Source: a virus (taxonomy: Duplodnaviria; Heunggongvirae; Uroviricota; Caudoviricetes). From it: a DNA stretch of 64,000 bases. Each line of letters opens with the position of its first letter. The first letter of the stretch is position 1. Below, piece by piece: positions 39,400 to 49,191 of the stretch. The stretch is taken from positions 532,786 through 596,785 of the IMG/VR virus record IMGVR_UViG_3300020045_008999; one strand, given 5' to 3'. Made by a program: the position numbers and the translations under genes. Under the pieces are notes generated by a model. It saw nothing but the letters and a program-made list of their open reading frames with translations. It was not told the origin of the DNA and did not search any database.

Positions 39400-39533
39400 T
39401 TGGTTCTGCTATGGTAAGTAGCGGAAAAATAAAAACAATCTTTCGGTTATGACCGAAAATAACAAGTACAAACAAATTATTGAATTTAACCCAATGATCG
39501 GTTTTATTATAACAGTTGTTAACAAATCGTTTT
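39397..39533. repeat. Degenerate attC-like palindromic element
   Basis: Imperfect arms, inner hairpin TTTCGGT-TATG-ACCGAAA, ends TTGTTAAC. Confidence 0.45.
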
Positions 39534-39537
39534 TATT

Positions 39538-39831
39538 ATGAAGTTAAAAGTAGAAAACAAAACAATATTTAAAGTTGATTACAATGACTTTGATGAATTT
39601 GTAACAGAAATTTACGGTGGCAACTTTGAATTTGTTGCTGGCCACGAAGCAAATAATTATACACAATTCGAGTTTTCAGCTCCAAATATGAATATGGATT
39701 TTCGTGGAGAATATGAGGCAAAAATAAGAAATGGAAATTTTAATGACGTACCAGTTCACGCTCTATTTAATGTACTGTTTAAAGACGGACATATTGAAAA
39801 AGGAGATTACTTAATAGATGTTTCTTGGTAA
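39538..39831 (+). CDS. Hypothetical protein (cassette-like)
   Basis: Flanked by complementary ends 39515-39533 / 39831-39847. Confidence 0.6.
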   Translation: MKLKVENKTIFKVDYNDFDEFVTEIYGGNFEFVAGHEANNYTQFEFSAPNMNMDFRGEYEAKIRNGNFNDVPVHALFNVLFKDGHIEKGDYLIDVSW

Positions 39832-39848
39832 AATGTTTGCTAATAACC

Positions 39849-40706
39849 TTATTTGCGCAACTGTTCGATTAACATATCTATCATATCACGATCGCGTCTT
39901 TCTGATTTGTGTTTTTTTGCAATATCTGAAATCAATAGTAATACCACCACACTAAACACCACCATTATTATAATGGTGCCCATTATATAATTTATCAAAT
40001 TTTCTTGAATGGTTTTTGATATTTTTTGATATTCTATAAAATTTGCTTCAAATTTCTCAACCGAGTATATGTTTAAAATTGCATTTATTTCTAGATTTAA
40101 TTCATTGTTCTCTTTAATCAATGAATTTAAACTGGATGAATTTTTTAATATAACTCGATTGTATTCATTATTAAATAATTTTATACTTATATCATCATAT
40201 TTTTTAGTGATGGTATCATATTCAATCTTAGTTTTGAATATTCCTTTTTTAACGGTTTTACCCACTACTTGTATTGTTTTATTATACATCACACCGTCCA
40301 AGTTCATCAGTGCACCATTGAAGTTTGCAATTTTAGTAAATACTATAATTTTACGACCCAACAGAGAATCAATTTTAGCGGAACGCAAACTGTCGATGTC
40401 TAACTTAGCCTTCAGTATCGCAATGGAATCAACATCCTGTGAGAGAGTGCGGTATTTATTGCGTTTATCCAAACATTTTGATAAGATTTTATTGTTCAGT
40501 TCAACGATGTTGTAATTAATATTTGAAATTTCTACCATTTCCCGCTCATTTTGGGTTATACTATCAATCAATTGTGTATTTCTATCCATAGAAGATGTTA
40601 CATATGTCGATCCATACACGGTAATACACACTAATAGGATGGATAATATAATGACTTTCGCATTCATAAAAGTGACCACGCTTAATATAGATAATATTTT
40701 TTTCAT
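39849..40706 (-). CDS. Two-TM membrane protein with helical extracytoplasmic domain
   Basis: N- and C-terminal TM helices flanking about 200 aa; late-type motif at 40711-40721. Confidence 0.6.
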   Translation of the reverse strand: MKKILSILSVVTFMNAKVIILSILLVCITVYGSTYVTSSMDRNTQLIDSITQNEREMVEISNINYNIVELNNKILSKCLDKRNKYRTLSQDVDSIAILKAKLDIDSLRSAKIDSLLGRKIIVFTKIANFNGALMNLDGVMYNKTIQVVGKTVKKGIFKTKIEYDTITKKYDDISIKLFNNEYNRVILKNSSSLNSLIKENNELNLEINAILNIYSVEKFEANFIEYQKISKTIQENLINYIMGTIIIMVVFSVVVLLLISDIAKKHKSERRDRDMIDMLIEQLRK

Positions 40707-40791
40707 ATGTTATATATTAAATAACTGAAAACTAATTTATACGTTTTTAATATTGTCCGAGATTAGTATAGTGAAATATTATTAAAAAAAT

Positions 40792-41556
40792 TTATTTCAA
40801 TATCGGCATTGCTACTTTTTCTACAAAATCTTTCATATCCTGAATGTTTATAGTACTTAATGTATCATTCTTGGTATGGCAATAATATAACATCTTAGTG
40901 GATAACACATTCCCGTTGTATATTAATAGGTTTTTGTCTAATAAATCCCCCGGGGATGCTTCTCTTAAAATTGGGGCCGGGTTAATCACTACGGAATCAA
41001 TATTATTACTTCTGAAAATAATACTATCATTAAAGGGGGTTTGTAATACTGGACAATTAAACATGGTTTTAATATGGTCCATTAGTGGTCCGGGATAATT
41101 ACCGATGAAAAAATTCTCACCCCCACATCCGGTTAGTTCTAAATTCAAAACCCACTTTATGGTCCCAAATTTACCATCGTTAATGTGATCGGATAATTGT
41201 TGTGACCCAAACCCACCAAGTTCTTCACCGTCTAACAATCCCACATTAATCTCGGGCATTAATTTCTTTAGCATAATAGCGTTTATGATAGAGGCAGAAT
41301 TGTCATTTGCATTATCTGTGGTCGGATTCATCACATCATGATGGGCTACTACAAATTTATCAGAGCTTCCAATTAAATAAATATTAAAATACTTACTATT
41401 CGGATTTCTAGAATCAAATATGTCTAGTTCATATGGAATGTTTTCAGATTTTAATAAATCAATTATGAATAGAACTCGTTCAGTTGGAGCCAATGTGTTA
41501 TAGAAACAGTTTCCGCTATTGCGAACTTTACAAAATTCATTTATCTTGGAATACAT
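40792..41556 (-). CDS. M28-family metallopeptidase
   Basis: VAHHD, ANDNSAS, DGEELG, LNLE, CHTKND. Confidence 0.8.
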   Translation of the reverse strand: MYSKINEFCKVRNSGNCFYNTLAPTERVLFIIDLLKSENIPYELDIFDSRNPNSKYFNIYLIGSSDKFVVAHHDVMNPTTDNANDNSASIINAIMLKKLMPEINVGLLDGEELGGFGSQQLSDHINDGKFGTIKWVLNLELTGCGGENFFIGNYPGPLMDHIKTMFNCPVLQTPFNDSIIFRSNNIDSVVINPAPILREASPGDLLDKNLLIYNGNVLSTKMLYYCHTKNDTLSTINIQDMKDFVEKVAMPILK

Positions 41557-41640
41557 AATGATCTTTTTTTTTTACAAATAAATAAAACTTTACACAATAT
41601 TTATGTTATAATATATATTAAAAAATGTAACCCATAAAAA

Positions 41641-42666
41641 ATGAATTACTACGAAATACTAGAAGTTGATAAAAATGCATCAACTGATGAAATTAAAAAG
41701 GCATATCGTAAAATGGCAAAATTGCACCATCCGGACAAAGGTGGTGATGAATTTCTATTTAAGCAAATAAATGAGGCATATAATGTGTTATCGGATCCTG
41801 GTGAGAAAGCTAAATATGATCGATATGGATCAGTTGGTGATCAAAGCCATGGATTTGACATGAACGATATGTTTGGAAATTTTAATGAAATGTTTACTAA
41901 TTTTTCAGGATTTGGTAACCAACGACAAACTAGAAAGGTCGGCAGAAATGTCCAGGTAAATATTCCAGTTGAAATCAATGACGTGATATTTGGTAAATCA
42001 CAAACTATCAAATATACAAGACAAGAAAAATGTGGAGGCTGTTCTGGGGCGGGTGGCACTAATAAACAAACCTGTACTAGTTGCAGAGGATCTGGTATGG
42101 GTATTAAACGCAAACAGACTCCGTTCGGAATACTTGACATACAAACAACCTGTGATTTGTGTGACGGGAGTGGTGACCAGGTACTAGACATTTGTGGGAC
42201 ATGTTCCGGAACAGGTGCAATTGCTAACGAAGTAAGTGTTGACATTGAGATACCCGGTGGTGTGGGTACTGGTAGTGTTATGAGTGTCCCATTAAAAGGG
42301 GATTATGTCAGAAATGGGGAATATGGAAGTTTATTAATAAATATTGAGGAAATTCCGTCTCCTAATGTCATACGAGATACATTTGATATTTTAATCAAAC
42401 TAAACATATCAATTGCAACTGCTGTTCTAGGTGGGGATGTATCAATTGATACACCACACGGTGATATCGCAATATATGTTGAACCTGGAACCGGTGGAGG
42501 CCATCATTATGAATATACTGGCAAGGGAATACCCCAAATTGATAATAATGGGAATGTATATGGATATGGTGACATGTTGATAATTTCAGAAATAACAATA
42601 CCAACCAAATTATCTACCGCTGAAAATGAATTATTTATAAAATTAAAAAACCTAGAAAATGGATAA
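41641..42666 (+). CDS. dnaJ: DnaJ chaperone
   Basis: J domain with HPD, G/F region, four CxxCxGxG repeats, C-terminal domain. Confidence 0.95.
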   Translation: MNYYEILEVDKNASTDEIKKAYRKMAKLHHPDKGGDEFLFKQINEAYNVLSDPGEKAKYDRYGSVGDQSHGFDMNDMFGNFNEMFTNFSGFGNQRQTRKVGRNVQVNIPVEINDVIFGKSQTIKYTRQEKCGGCSGAGGTNKQTCTSCRGSGMGIKRKQTPFGILDIQTTCDLCDGSGDQVLDICGTCSGTGAIANEVSVDIEIPGGVGTGSVMSVPLKGDYVRNGEYGSLLINIEEIPSPNVIRDTFDILIKLNISIATAVLGGDVSIDTPHGDIAIYVEPGTGGGHHYEYTGKGIPQIDNNGNVYGYGDMLIISEITIPTKLSTAENELFIKLKNLENG

Positions 42667-43321
42667 ATTGTTTATGTTAGAAGTTGGAGTGATAAGTAGA
42701 ACTCTAAGTTCACTATCGGCAACAGATATAATTGAAATGCTTAAAAGTAATCCAATTAGAACATTGCAACAATATCATTTTAGCGATTCTGATTTGTTTA
42801 AGTATCGAAAAAATATACCGTTGGATGTTATGATAGATCAGAATATGACAGAGGAATTGTTCTGTAATTTGTTGGATGATTGTTACTTATCTCCTGATGA
42901 TATAAAGAACTTGAATATGACGACATATTCTAATTTAAAAGAAAGTACCATTGATCAATACATCGATTATATAAATTTTGAGAAACTTGGGTTTTATTTA
43001 ATAGCTGATGATAATTTCAACGTAATTAAATATGAAAAACAGTTAAATTCCGATCGTTCGTTGGAATTTTGGGAAATATTTTCCACAATAAATTTACCAA
43101 TTGAACTTTTGGAAAAATATAAAGAATTTATCATTTGGGATTTATTTTTTACAACTAATCCAATTACAAATGATATACAGAATAAGTTTGCTGATATTGT
43201 AGAAGAACATTACCTAGAAACACCCAAAGATAAAAAAATGAAAATATATCAAATCGAGGTAGATCAAAGAATTAGCATTGACATTGACACAATTGATGAA
43301 CTTATTAATAATATTAAATAA
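42659..43321 (+). CDS. Hypothetical helical-repeat protein
   Basis: Degenerate L..E.I.KY...I.W repeats. Confidence 0.55.
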   Translation: MDKLFMLEVGVISRTLSSLSATDIIEMLKSNPIRTLQQYHFSDSDLFKYRKNIPLDVMIDQNMTEELFCNLLDDCYLSPDDIKNLNMTTYSNLKESTIDQYIDYINFEKLGFYLIADDNFNVIKYEKQLNSDRSLEFWEIFSTINLPIELLEKYKEFIIWDLFFTTNPITNDIQNKFADIVEEHYLETPKDKKMKIYQIEVDQRISIDIDTIDELINNIK

Positions 43322-43329
43322 CAAAACAC

Positions 43330-43635
43330 ATGAAATTCGAAATGAAAGTAGAATTAGCAGATTCTCACAAATTAGAGACAGTTATCAAAGGAATATATTT
43401 TGATGATGATCGCAATGGTAAATTATCAAATCGCGAAAAATTAAGCATTAAGCTTGATAAAGAGGATCCTATTAATATAATATTCAGGGGGCTGCACAAC
43501 ACTATTGTGCGAATTTACAATAATGATCTAATTGACGGAACGTTGAGATGTATTGTAAATGAAAGTGAATCAATCGAATTGATTCCATGTGCTACATATT
43601 GTATTGTCGAAGTCGATAAATATTCTTTCTACTAA
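43330..43635 (+). CDS. Hypothetical protein
   Basis: ORF in operon. Confidence 0.55.
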   Translation: MKFEMKVELADSHKLETVIKGIYFDDDRNGKLSNREKLSIKLDKEDPINIIFRGLHNTIVRIYNNDLIDGTLRCIVNESESIELIPCATYCIVEVDKYSFY

Positions 43636-44663
43636 TGAATGATTTTAAATATGATTGGGATGATATTACTATCGTTCCAGCAGCTATAAGTGAAATTAAT
43701 TCACGTAGCGAAATTAGTATATTGAATAACAATGAACTCCCATTAATGGTAGCCCCAATGGATATGGTTATTGATGAAAAAAATGCGCACCTTTTTACGG
43801 AATTGAATATTCCAATATGTTTACCTAGAAATATTCGAAACTATGCACAGTTTCCGGAAGCCTTTTTTTCATATGGTTTAGATGAATTAAGTGAAATTGT
43901 TAAACGAAATGACATCTTACCTAAAAAAGTACTTATTGATGTAGCAAATGGCAATATGCAGAAATCAATTGATCTTGCTAGGAAAATCAAAGCCGAATAT
44001 AATTTAGAGTTAATGGTGGGTAATATCGCCAATCCAGAAACCTATAAATTATATTGCGAAGCGGGCATTGATTACGCAAGATGTTCAGTTGGTACCGGAA
44101 GTGCCTGTACTACCTCAGCAAATATTGGCATCCATTATCCTCTAGCATCATTAGTACGCGAATGTTATTACGAAAAGTCATTATTAGATGTTAGTGGTAA
44201 CTTCACATCTAAAATTGTAGCAGATGGAGGGTTCCGAAAGTATTCTGATATTATAAAGGCACTAGCATTAGGAGCCGATTTCGTAATGATTGGTAGTATT
44301 TTTAACAAGGCACTGGAAAGCTGTTCCGATAATTTCATTAAAGTAAATGGCGAATATTCGCTCTACCATAGTGGGCCCGCGGCTAAACACAATTTTGAAC
44401 AGGGTATTAAGTTGTATAAACACTATCGTGGGATGAGTACTAAGGAAGTGCAAAAGTCTTGGAACCGGGAGACATTAAAGACCGCTGAGGGAATTAGTAT
44501 GTATAATGAAGTAGAATACACATTGAGTGGTTGGGTTGAAAATTTCGAAGATTATTTGAGATCTGCTATGTCATATTGTAATTGTAAAACATTAGAAACG
44601 TTTACCGGCCAAGTACAAACAGTACGTATTACACAAAATGCATTCAACCGCTTTAATAAATAA
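43635..44663 (+). CDS. GMP reductase / IMP dehydrogenase family
   Basis: APMD, IDVANG, GTGSACTT, ADGG, GADFVMIG, YRGMS, LRSAMSY; no CBS domains. Confidence 0.9.
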   Translation: MNDFKYDWDDITIVPAAISEINSRSEISILNNNELPLMVAPMDMVIDEKNAHLFTELNIPICLPRNIRNYAQFPEAFFSYGLDELSEIVKRNDILPKKVLIDVANGNMQKSIDLARKIKAEYNLELMVGNIANPETYKLYCEAGIDYARCSVGTGSACTTSANIGIHYPLASLVRECYYEKSLLDVSGNFTSKIVADGGFRKYSDIIKALALGADFVMIGSIFNKALESCSDNFIKVNGEYSLYHSGPAAKHNFEQGIKLYKHYRGMSTKEVQKSWNRETLKTAEGISMYNEVEYTLSGWVENFEDYLRSAMSYCNCKTLETFTGQVQTVRITQNAFNRFNK

Positions 44664-44667
44664 TATA

Positions 44668-44702
44668 AAAACCCAGAATGAGTAGAATCATTCTGGGTTT
44701 TT
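44668..44702. terminator. Bidirectional intrinsic terminator
   Basis: AAACCCAGAATGA-loop-TCATTCTGGGTTT. Confidence 0.85.
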
Positions 44703-45058
44703 CATTTTAATATAGTTGATATATTATAAGATCGTGAATTCGCAACAGTAATATATTTTCTTAAAAATTGATTAATTTTCATTCGACTTAAGAAACGCAC
44801 GTCCTGATGTAATAATATTAAATCTGTATAATATGATATATAAATAAAATCACCCAAATTAAGATGCGTATTATCCATGTATTTAATCGGATCTACTTCG
44901 AAATCATATATTCCAATATGCTTAAAAAAATCAGAATATTCGGTAAGTAAATCTTCGAGGTCATATCTAAGATTCGTTAGTGTATTAGGACTCAACGTTT
45001 TATTGGTATATGTATTACTAATATTAGTTAATCTTGAATAGAAAGTGCTGATTTGCAT
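44702..45058 (-). CDS. Hypothetical protein (C-terminal RxxxIxxIL motif)
   Basis: Ends RSYNISTILK. Confidence 0.55.
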   Translation of the reverse strand: MQISTFYSRLTNISNTYTNKTLSPNTLTNLRYDLEDLLTEYSDFFKHIGIYDFEVDPIKYMDNTHLNLGDFIYISYYTDLILLHQDVRFLSRMKINQFLRKYITVANSRSYNISTILK

Positions 45059-45075
45059 AAATTATAGTATAGGTA

Positions 45076-45381
45076 TTAAGATAATATATTATTAATTTCA
45101 TAAATTCGTACATTAGCACAATCAAATAGTTCGGATGCCATTTCTAGTATATTAAAATTTTTTCCCACCCCGTCTATGCTACAATTAATATATGTTACTA
45201 ATACAAAAGTATCAACCGAAAATAATTCAAAACCTCGACTTTTTAAATAGGAATAATATGGCTCACGTTGGGTTATTTGTTGTAAAAAGCCATAAATGGG
45301 GGGAATATTTAGTTTACTCATAGACACCCATTTATACAAAGTCAGCCAATTTAGTACCTCGGTATGGAATGCATCTTTCAT
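45076..45381 (-). CDS. Hypothetical protein (C-terminal RxxxIxxIL motif)
   Basis: Ends RIYEINNILS. Confidence 0.55.
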   Translation of the reverse strand: MKDAFHTEVLNWLTLYKWVSMSKLNIPPIYGFLQQITQREPYYSYLKSRGFELFSVDTFVLVTYINCSIDGVGKNFNILEMASELFDCANVRIYEINNILS

Positions 45382-45839
45382 ATTATAAACCCTCTATTAT
45401 TTTCATTTAATCTAAGACATGCTCGTACTTTCATTAAAACTTCACCTAAATTATTTTCACCGGTTCCGTTATAAACCCCCCAAAATGTATCTTTCCATTG
45501 ATTAGTCTCTTCTATGTATAAATTACCAGTTGCCAATAGTTTCATCTTAATGTCATGATTTCTATGAAATTTGTCAAAATTTATCAAAAACATTATTTCT
45601 ATCTTATTTCTCTTAAAATGTTCCGTTGGAACAAGTAATTTCCCTAACCGTTTGGCATTGCCTGACGTATATCCGATAAATTCAGTTCGAGTTGTCAAAT
45701 CATCCGTTTTACTAGCTTGATATGCATTTTCAGATGATGGATATAACATTCCCTCATAGAACACCGGTGTTCGGTAGAAATTACTCAAATAGTCGAATTC
45801 GTCACGAAATCCATAAATGCCTTTAATTGAAGAGCTCAT
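45378..45839 (-). CDS. NADAR (YbiA-like) family protein
   Basis: LSNFY, SENAYQASK, LLATG, D.FWG, GENNLG..LM.VR. Confidence 0.9.
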   Translation of the reverse strand: MSSSIKGIYGFRDEFDYLSNFYRTPVFYEGMLYPSSENAYQASKTDDLTTRTEFIGYTSGNAKRLGKLLVPTEHFKRNKIEIMFLINFDKFHRNHDIKMKLLATGNLYIEETNQWKDTFWGVYNGTGENNLGEVLMKVRACLRLNENNRGFII

Positions 45840-45966
45840 TTGATAATTATTTAAGCAACAAATATAAACATATTTTTTAACTTTTACTTTTATTTTTATT
45901 TATTTAAAAATAAACTGGTTTAATTATTTTTACATATATTTGCAATAAATAATTAAATAATTAAAT

Positions 45967-46536
45967 ATGAAATTAGTTTGGCTGATCATTCAACAAAATA
46001 TAGGAAAGATGATAATGATACTTGGTATTATATTATGTATAGTTGCAACTTATTACGACGATGGACAATATGAGTATGAAATCGTAAAATATCAACGAAT
46101 GGAAACTGGTACAATCTATGTAATGGAAAGTAGTGGTGTAGAAACTTTATTAGGTGGGCGTTGTATTTTAAAAGGTAATGTCATGTATCAAGAAAACAAT
46201 ACAACTGTCGCAATATGTTTAGTGTTCGGATTTATACTGACCGTAGTTTTATTCGGCATGACTTTTAGTGATGATTCAGATCAAAATTTCGACATTATTA
46301 GTATTCGGGCCCTAATGTTATCTGAAAAAATAAATGTCATATCTGAAAATGGGGATAGATTCCATTATATATTACAGGATAGACTAATATACACCTCAGA
46401 CCATCTAATGAACTGCCAAGGTAGTTATATATTATCAAATGTAAGAGAGTTTGTACGCAATAAAAATAATTTCGCAATATATACAACAAATGCTGCCATT
46501 AGAAGCGATAAAATAATTAAAATCTTAAAATCGTAA
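45967..46536 (+). CDS. Two-TM membrane protein
   Basis: Two hydrophobic helices; TATATTTG at 45935-45942. Confidence 0.6.
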   Translation: MKLVWLIIQQNIGKMIMILGIILCIVATYYDDGQYEYEIVKYQRMETGTIYVMESSGVETLLGGRCILKGNVMYQENNTTVAICLVFGFILTVVLFGMTFSDDSDQNFDIISIRALMLSEKINVISENGDRFHYILQDRLIYTSDHLMNCQGSYILSNVREFVRNKNNFAIYTTNAAIRSDKIIKILKS

Positions 46537-46540
46537 ACAT

Positions 46541-46948
46541 ATGAAACCAGTAAAGGGTATATCAGTTGATGGATCAAGTAGGGGCAATCCGGGGCCATCC
46601 AATTACCGGGCGGTGGATATAGAAACAGGGATTGAGTTATTCAATATCAAAATTGGAAATTCTACTAATAACATTGCTGAATTTTGTGGACTTGTTCATG
46701 CGGTTGATTATGCTATTAAAAATGGTTATGATAAAGTGTATTCGGATAGTGTGACTGCAATCGCATGGGTCCGTAATAAAAAACACAATTCAAAATTACT
46801 AAAAAATTATCAAACCGAAAAATCTATTGCGATAATGTTAAGGGCAGAGTCACATTTATACACATTCCCTTCTAACTTTTTTAGTATGATCGAAAAATGG
46901 GATACTAAGAACTGGGGTGAAAATCCAGCAGACTTTGGGTTAAAATGA
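46541..46948 (+). CDS. rnhA: Ribonuclease HI (Bacteroidota/Bacillus halodurans-type catalytic domain)
   Basis: VDGSSRGNPG, TNNIAEF, YSDS, WGENPADFG. Confidence 0.9.
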   Translation: MKPVKGISVDGSSRGNPGPSNYRAVDIETGIELFNIKIGNSTNNIAEFCGLVHAVDYAIKNGYDKVYSDSVTAIAWVRNKKHNSKLLKNYQTEKSIAIMLRAESHLYTFPSNFFSMIEKWDTKNWGENPADFGLK

Positions 46949-47187
46949 TAGATGATATGATAGGTGTTAAATTATTGAACAGTAATGAGATATGCATATA
47001 TGAAATGATATTGGTATATACGAGTTTTTATGATGCAATGGAACATGTAAGTAAAGTACTAGATATATATTTCCTGGATTACTATGGATATGAAATTAGT
47101 ATAAGTAATGTAGACCTAACAATCAAATTGCGTTCAAATGATGTGGTGAAAATTCGCACTATGTTGATAAATAATATATTAGAATAG
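46945..47187 (+). CDS. Hypothetical protein (RxxxIxxIL motif)
   Basis: Ends LRS...RTMLINNILE. Confidence 0.5.
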   Translation: MIDDMIGVKLLNSNEICIYEMILVYTSFYDAMEHVSKVLDIYFLDYYGYEISISNVDLTIKLRSNDVVKIRTMLINNILE

Positions 47188-47427
47188 ATGTTTTCAAAAG
47201 TAACTATACGCCATAATGATACTATACTATTAGAATTTGATGAATATGTGTATAATGATTCACTCACTAAATTTATAGAAATTATATCAATGAAACTCCG
47301 TATTAATTTTATGGAATATAATATCAATGAAATATTTTCAGAAGCCAACTATGATATCGTTATATTGCTCAGATCTGAACATATGGCACCTATGCGATCT
47401 TATTTAATCAACCAACTTATCAACTAA
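47188..47427 (+). CDS. Hypothetical protein (RxxxIxxLI motif)
   Basis: Ends LRS...RSYLINQLIN. Confidence 0.5.
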   Translation: MFSKVTIRHNDTILLEFDEYVYNDSLTKFIEIISMKLRINFMEYNINEIFSEANYDIVILLRSEHMAPMRSYLINQLIN

Positions 47428-47438
47428 AACTAATTGTT

Positions 47439-47630
47439 ATGAAATTTTTAAAATCAGATTTTATTATTGTTCTATTGTGTTTATTATCACTTTTTATATG
47501 GGTAGGATTACTAAACAATGGCTCTGAATGGGCAATTTATTGCATATATGGTGCGTTAGTTTATCCAGCATATGTATTTGTAGTAATGCTAACTTATGCA
47601 ATACACCGAACATTCTTTAAAAGGAAATAA
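47439..47630 (+). CDS. Small two-TM membrane protein
   Basis: Hydrophobic. Confidence 0.5.
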   Translation: MKFLKSDFIIVLLCLLSLFIWVGLLNNGSEWAIYCIYGALVYPAYVFVVMLTYAIHRTFFKRK

Positions 47631-47635
47631 CGCTA

Positions 47636-48109
47636 CTATTTTATATCAAACTTAAATGAAAATTCAGTAGGTGATTTAGTGGTGCCGCCGAAGTATGGGA
47701 ACAATACATAATTTGGTAAACGCCATTTCGAGGTGCGGGGAATTATTTTAAATACACCATCAAACATTATTATATATTGTTTTTTCTGTATATGTATACT
47801 AAATTTTTTAGACATATCGCAATTATCAACAAAACACAAATGCTGTATATCACGTGTCGAATTGCGGTATACTATGGTCATTATTTCCAAAGATCCATGC
47901 ATTTCATTCCATCTCCAGCCAAGTCTGATTGAATTAATGTGATGATAATAAGAGTCGGAAATACCAATTAATTTATTAGTATCTTTCTGCTTATCGATTT
48001 GGTAAAACATATCTGAATTGAATAACACACTGCCAGAGATATTACCGGTTTTAAGCATTGGCAACCACCGATCCGATCGGTGTTTTCCTTGGGAAATTTT
48101 TATTTGCAT
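47636..48109 (-). CDS. Hypothetical beta-rich protein
   Basis: Start reassigned to MQIKISQG to avoid overlap; NKLIG...SIRLGWRW...LFPYFGG. Confidence 0.6.
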   Translation of the reverse strand: MQIKISQGKHRSDRWLPMLKTGNISGSVLFNSDMFYQIDKQKDTNKLIGISDSYYHHINSIRLGWRWNEMHGSLEIMTIVYRNSTRDIQHLCFVDNCDMSKKFSIHIQKKQYIIMFDGVFKIIPRTSKWRLPNYVLFPYFGGTTKSPTEFSFKFDIK

Positions 48110-48149
48110 AATACAATTTTTCTTTATATATTTACAAAAAATATCAGAT

Positions 48150-48407
48150 ATGAAACAATTACTATTAATGCTCGTTTTTTCCCTAATGATTTCATGCTCT
48201 AAAGAAGAAGTCAAATGCCCATGTATTGTAGCTGGAATAGATAAAGGTTTAGAAATTCGTACCAAAAGCGACTTGCTCATATCATATAAACGATATGGAT
48301 CGGTTATACTACTCGATAAGTCTAATCGAATTATCACACTAGTAGAACCAGATCCAATCGCTCTGTCAATTATACACTCTCGACAAGTAGGGGATACATT
48401 AAAATAA
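48150..48407 (+). CDS. Putative lipoprotein
   Basis: MKQLLLMLVFSLMISC lipobox-type signal followed by SKEE. Confidence 0.6.
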   Translation: MKQLLLMLVFSLMISCSKEEVKCPCIVAGIDKGLEIRTKSDLLISYKRYGSVILLDKSNRIITLVEPDPIALSIIHSRQVGDTLK

Positions 48408-48476
48408 CGTTATCTCGCTTGGCGATGTGACACATTACATAAGAAACTAAGTAATAACAAAGTAATAACAACCAGG

Positions 48477-49190
48477 ATGATTGATAGTAGAAAATATTCA
48501 AGAACATATCATTATGATTTTAGCCCAGGGACAACATCCGACGATCGAATTAATAAAAATTGGATTTCTGATATACAACTAATTGATACTGTGATACATA
48601 CTGAGAAAATGGACGGGGAAAATTCATGTTTATCAGAATATGGGGTGTTCGCAAGATCACATGCAGCACCAACATTACATCCATGGGCAGATCATTTGAA
48701 AATCAAACAAAGTATGATATGCAATGATTTAAAAGAAAATAACCTGGAAATATTTGGTGAGAATTTATACGCCGTGCATTCTATATTGTATCCTAAACTA
48801 GAAGAACATTTCTATGTTTTTGGCATAAGAGTATTGGATATGTGGTTATCTTGGGAAGAGGTAAAGTGGTACGCGGGGTTCTTTGATTTTCCAGTCGTTC
48901 CAGAATTACTCATACAAGATACCAAAGACTCTAATTTGATTAAGAAAACGATATTGGATTTTGCTGCGGAAGAAAGTGTGTTTGGTTCCGTACAAAATGG
49001 CACGAATCCAGCACAATTATGCACCCGCGAAGGTTTAGTGACACGCAATATTGGGGAATATTCGGTCGATGATTTTGCGAAAAACGTTTTAAAATTCGTT
49101 AGGGCTAATCATGTAATAACGGATTCACATTGGAGTAAGAAAATTACGAGGGCAAAATTAATTCACGAACATTCAAATAAGAAAGTATAA
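48477..49190 (+). CDS. RNA ligase (nucleotidyltransferase superfamily)
   Basis: KYSRTYH, TEKMDGEN, FGEN, FYVFGI, EGLV, KFVR. Confidence 0.85.
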   Translation: MIDSRKYSRTYHYDFSPGTTSDDRINKNWISDIQLIDTVIHTEKMDGENSCLSEYGVFARSHAAPTLHPWADHLKIKQSMICNDLKENNLEIFGENLYAVHSILYPKLEEHFYVFGIRVLDMWLSWEEVKWYAGFFDFPVVPELLIQDTKDSNLIKKTILDFAAEESVFGSVQNGTNPAQLCTREGLVTRNIGEYSVDDFAKNVLKFVRANHVITDSHWSKKITRAKLIHEHSNKKV

Positions 49191-49191
49191 T

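Noticed and set aside
48018-48337. Apparent long overlap of divergent ORFs 47636-48337 and 48018-48407
   Set aside because: Resolved by downstream ATGs at 48109 (minus) and 48150 (plus)
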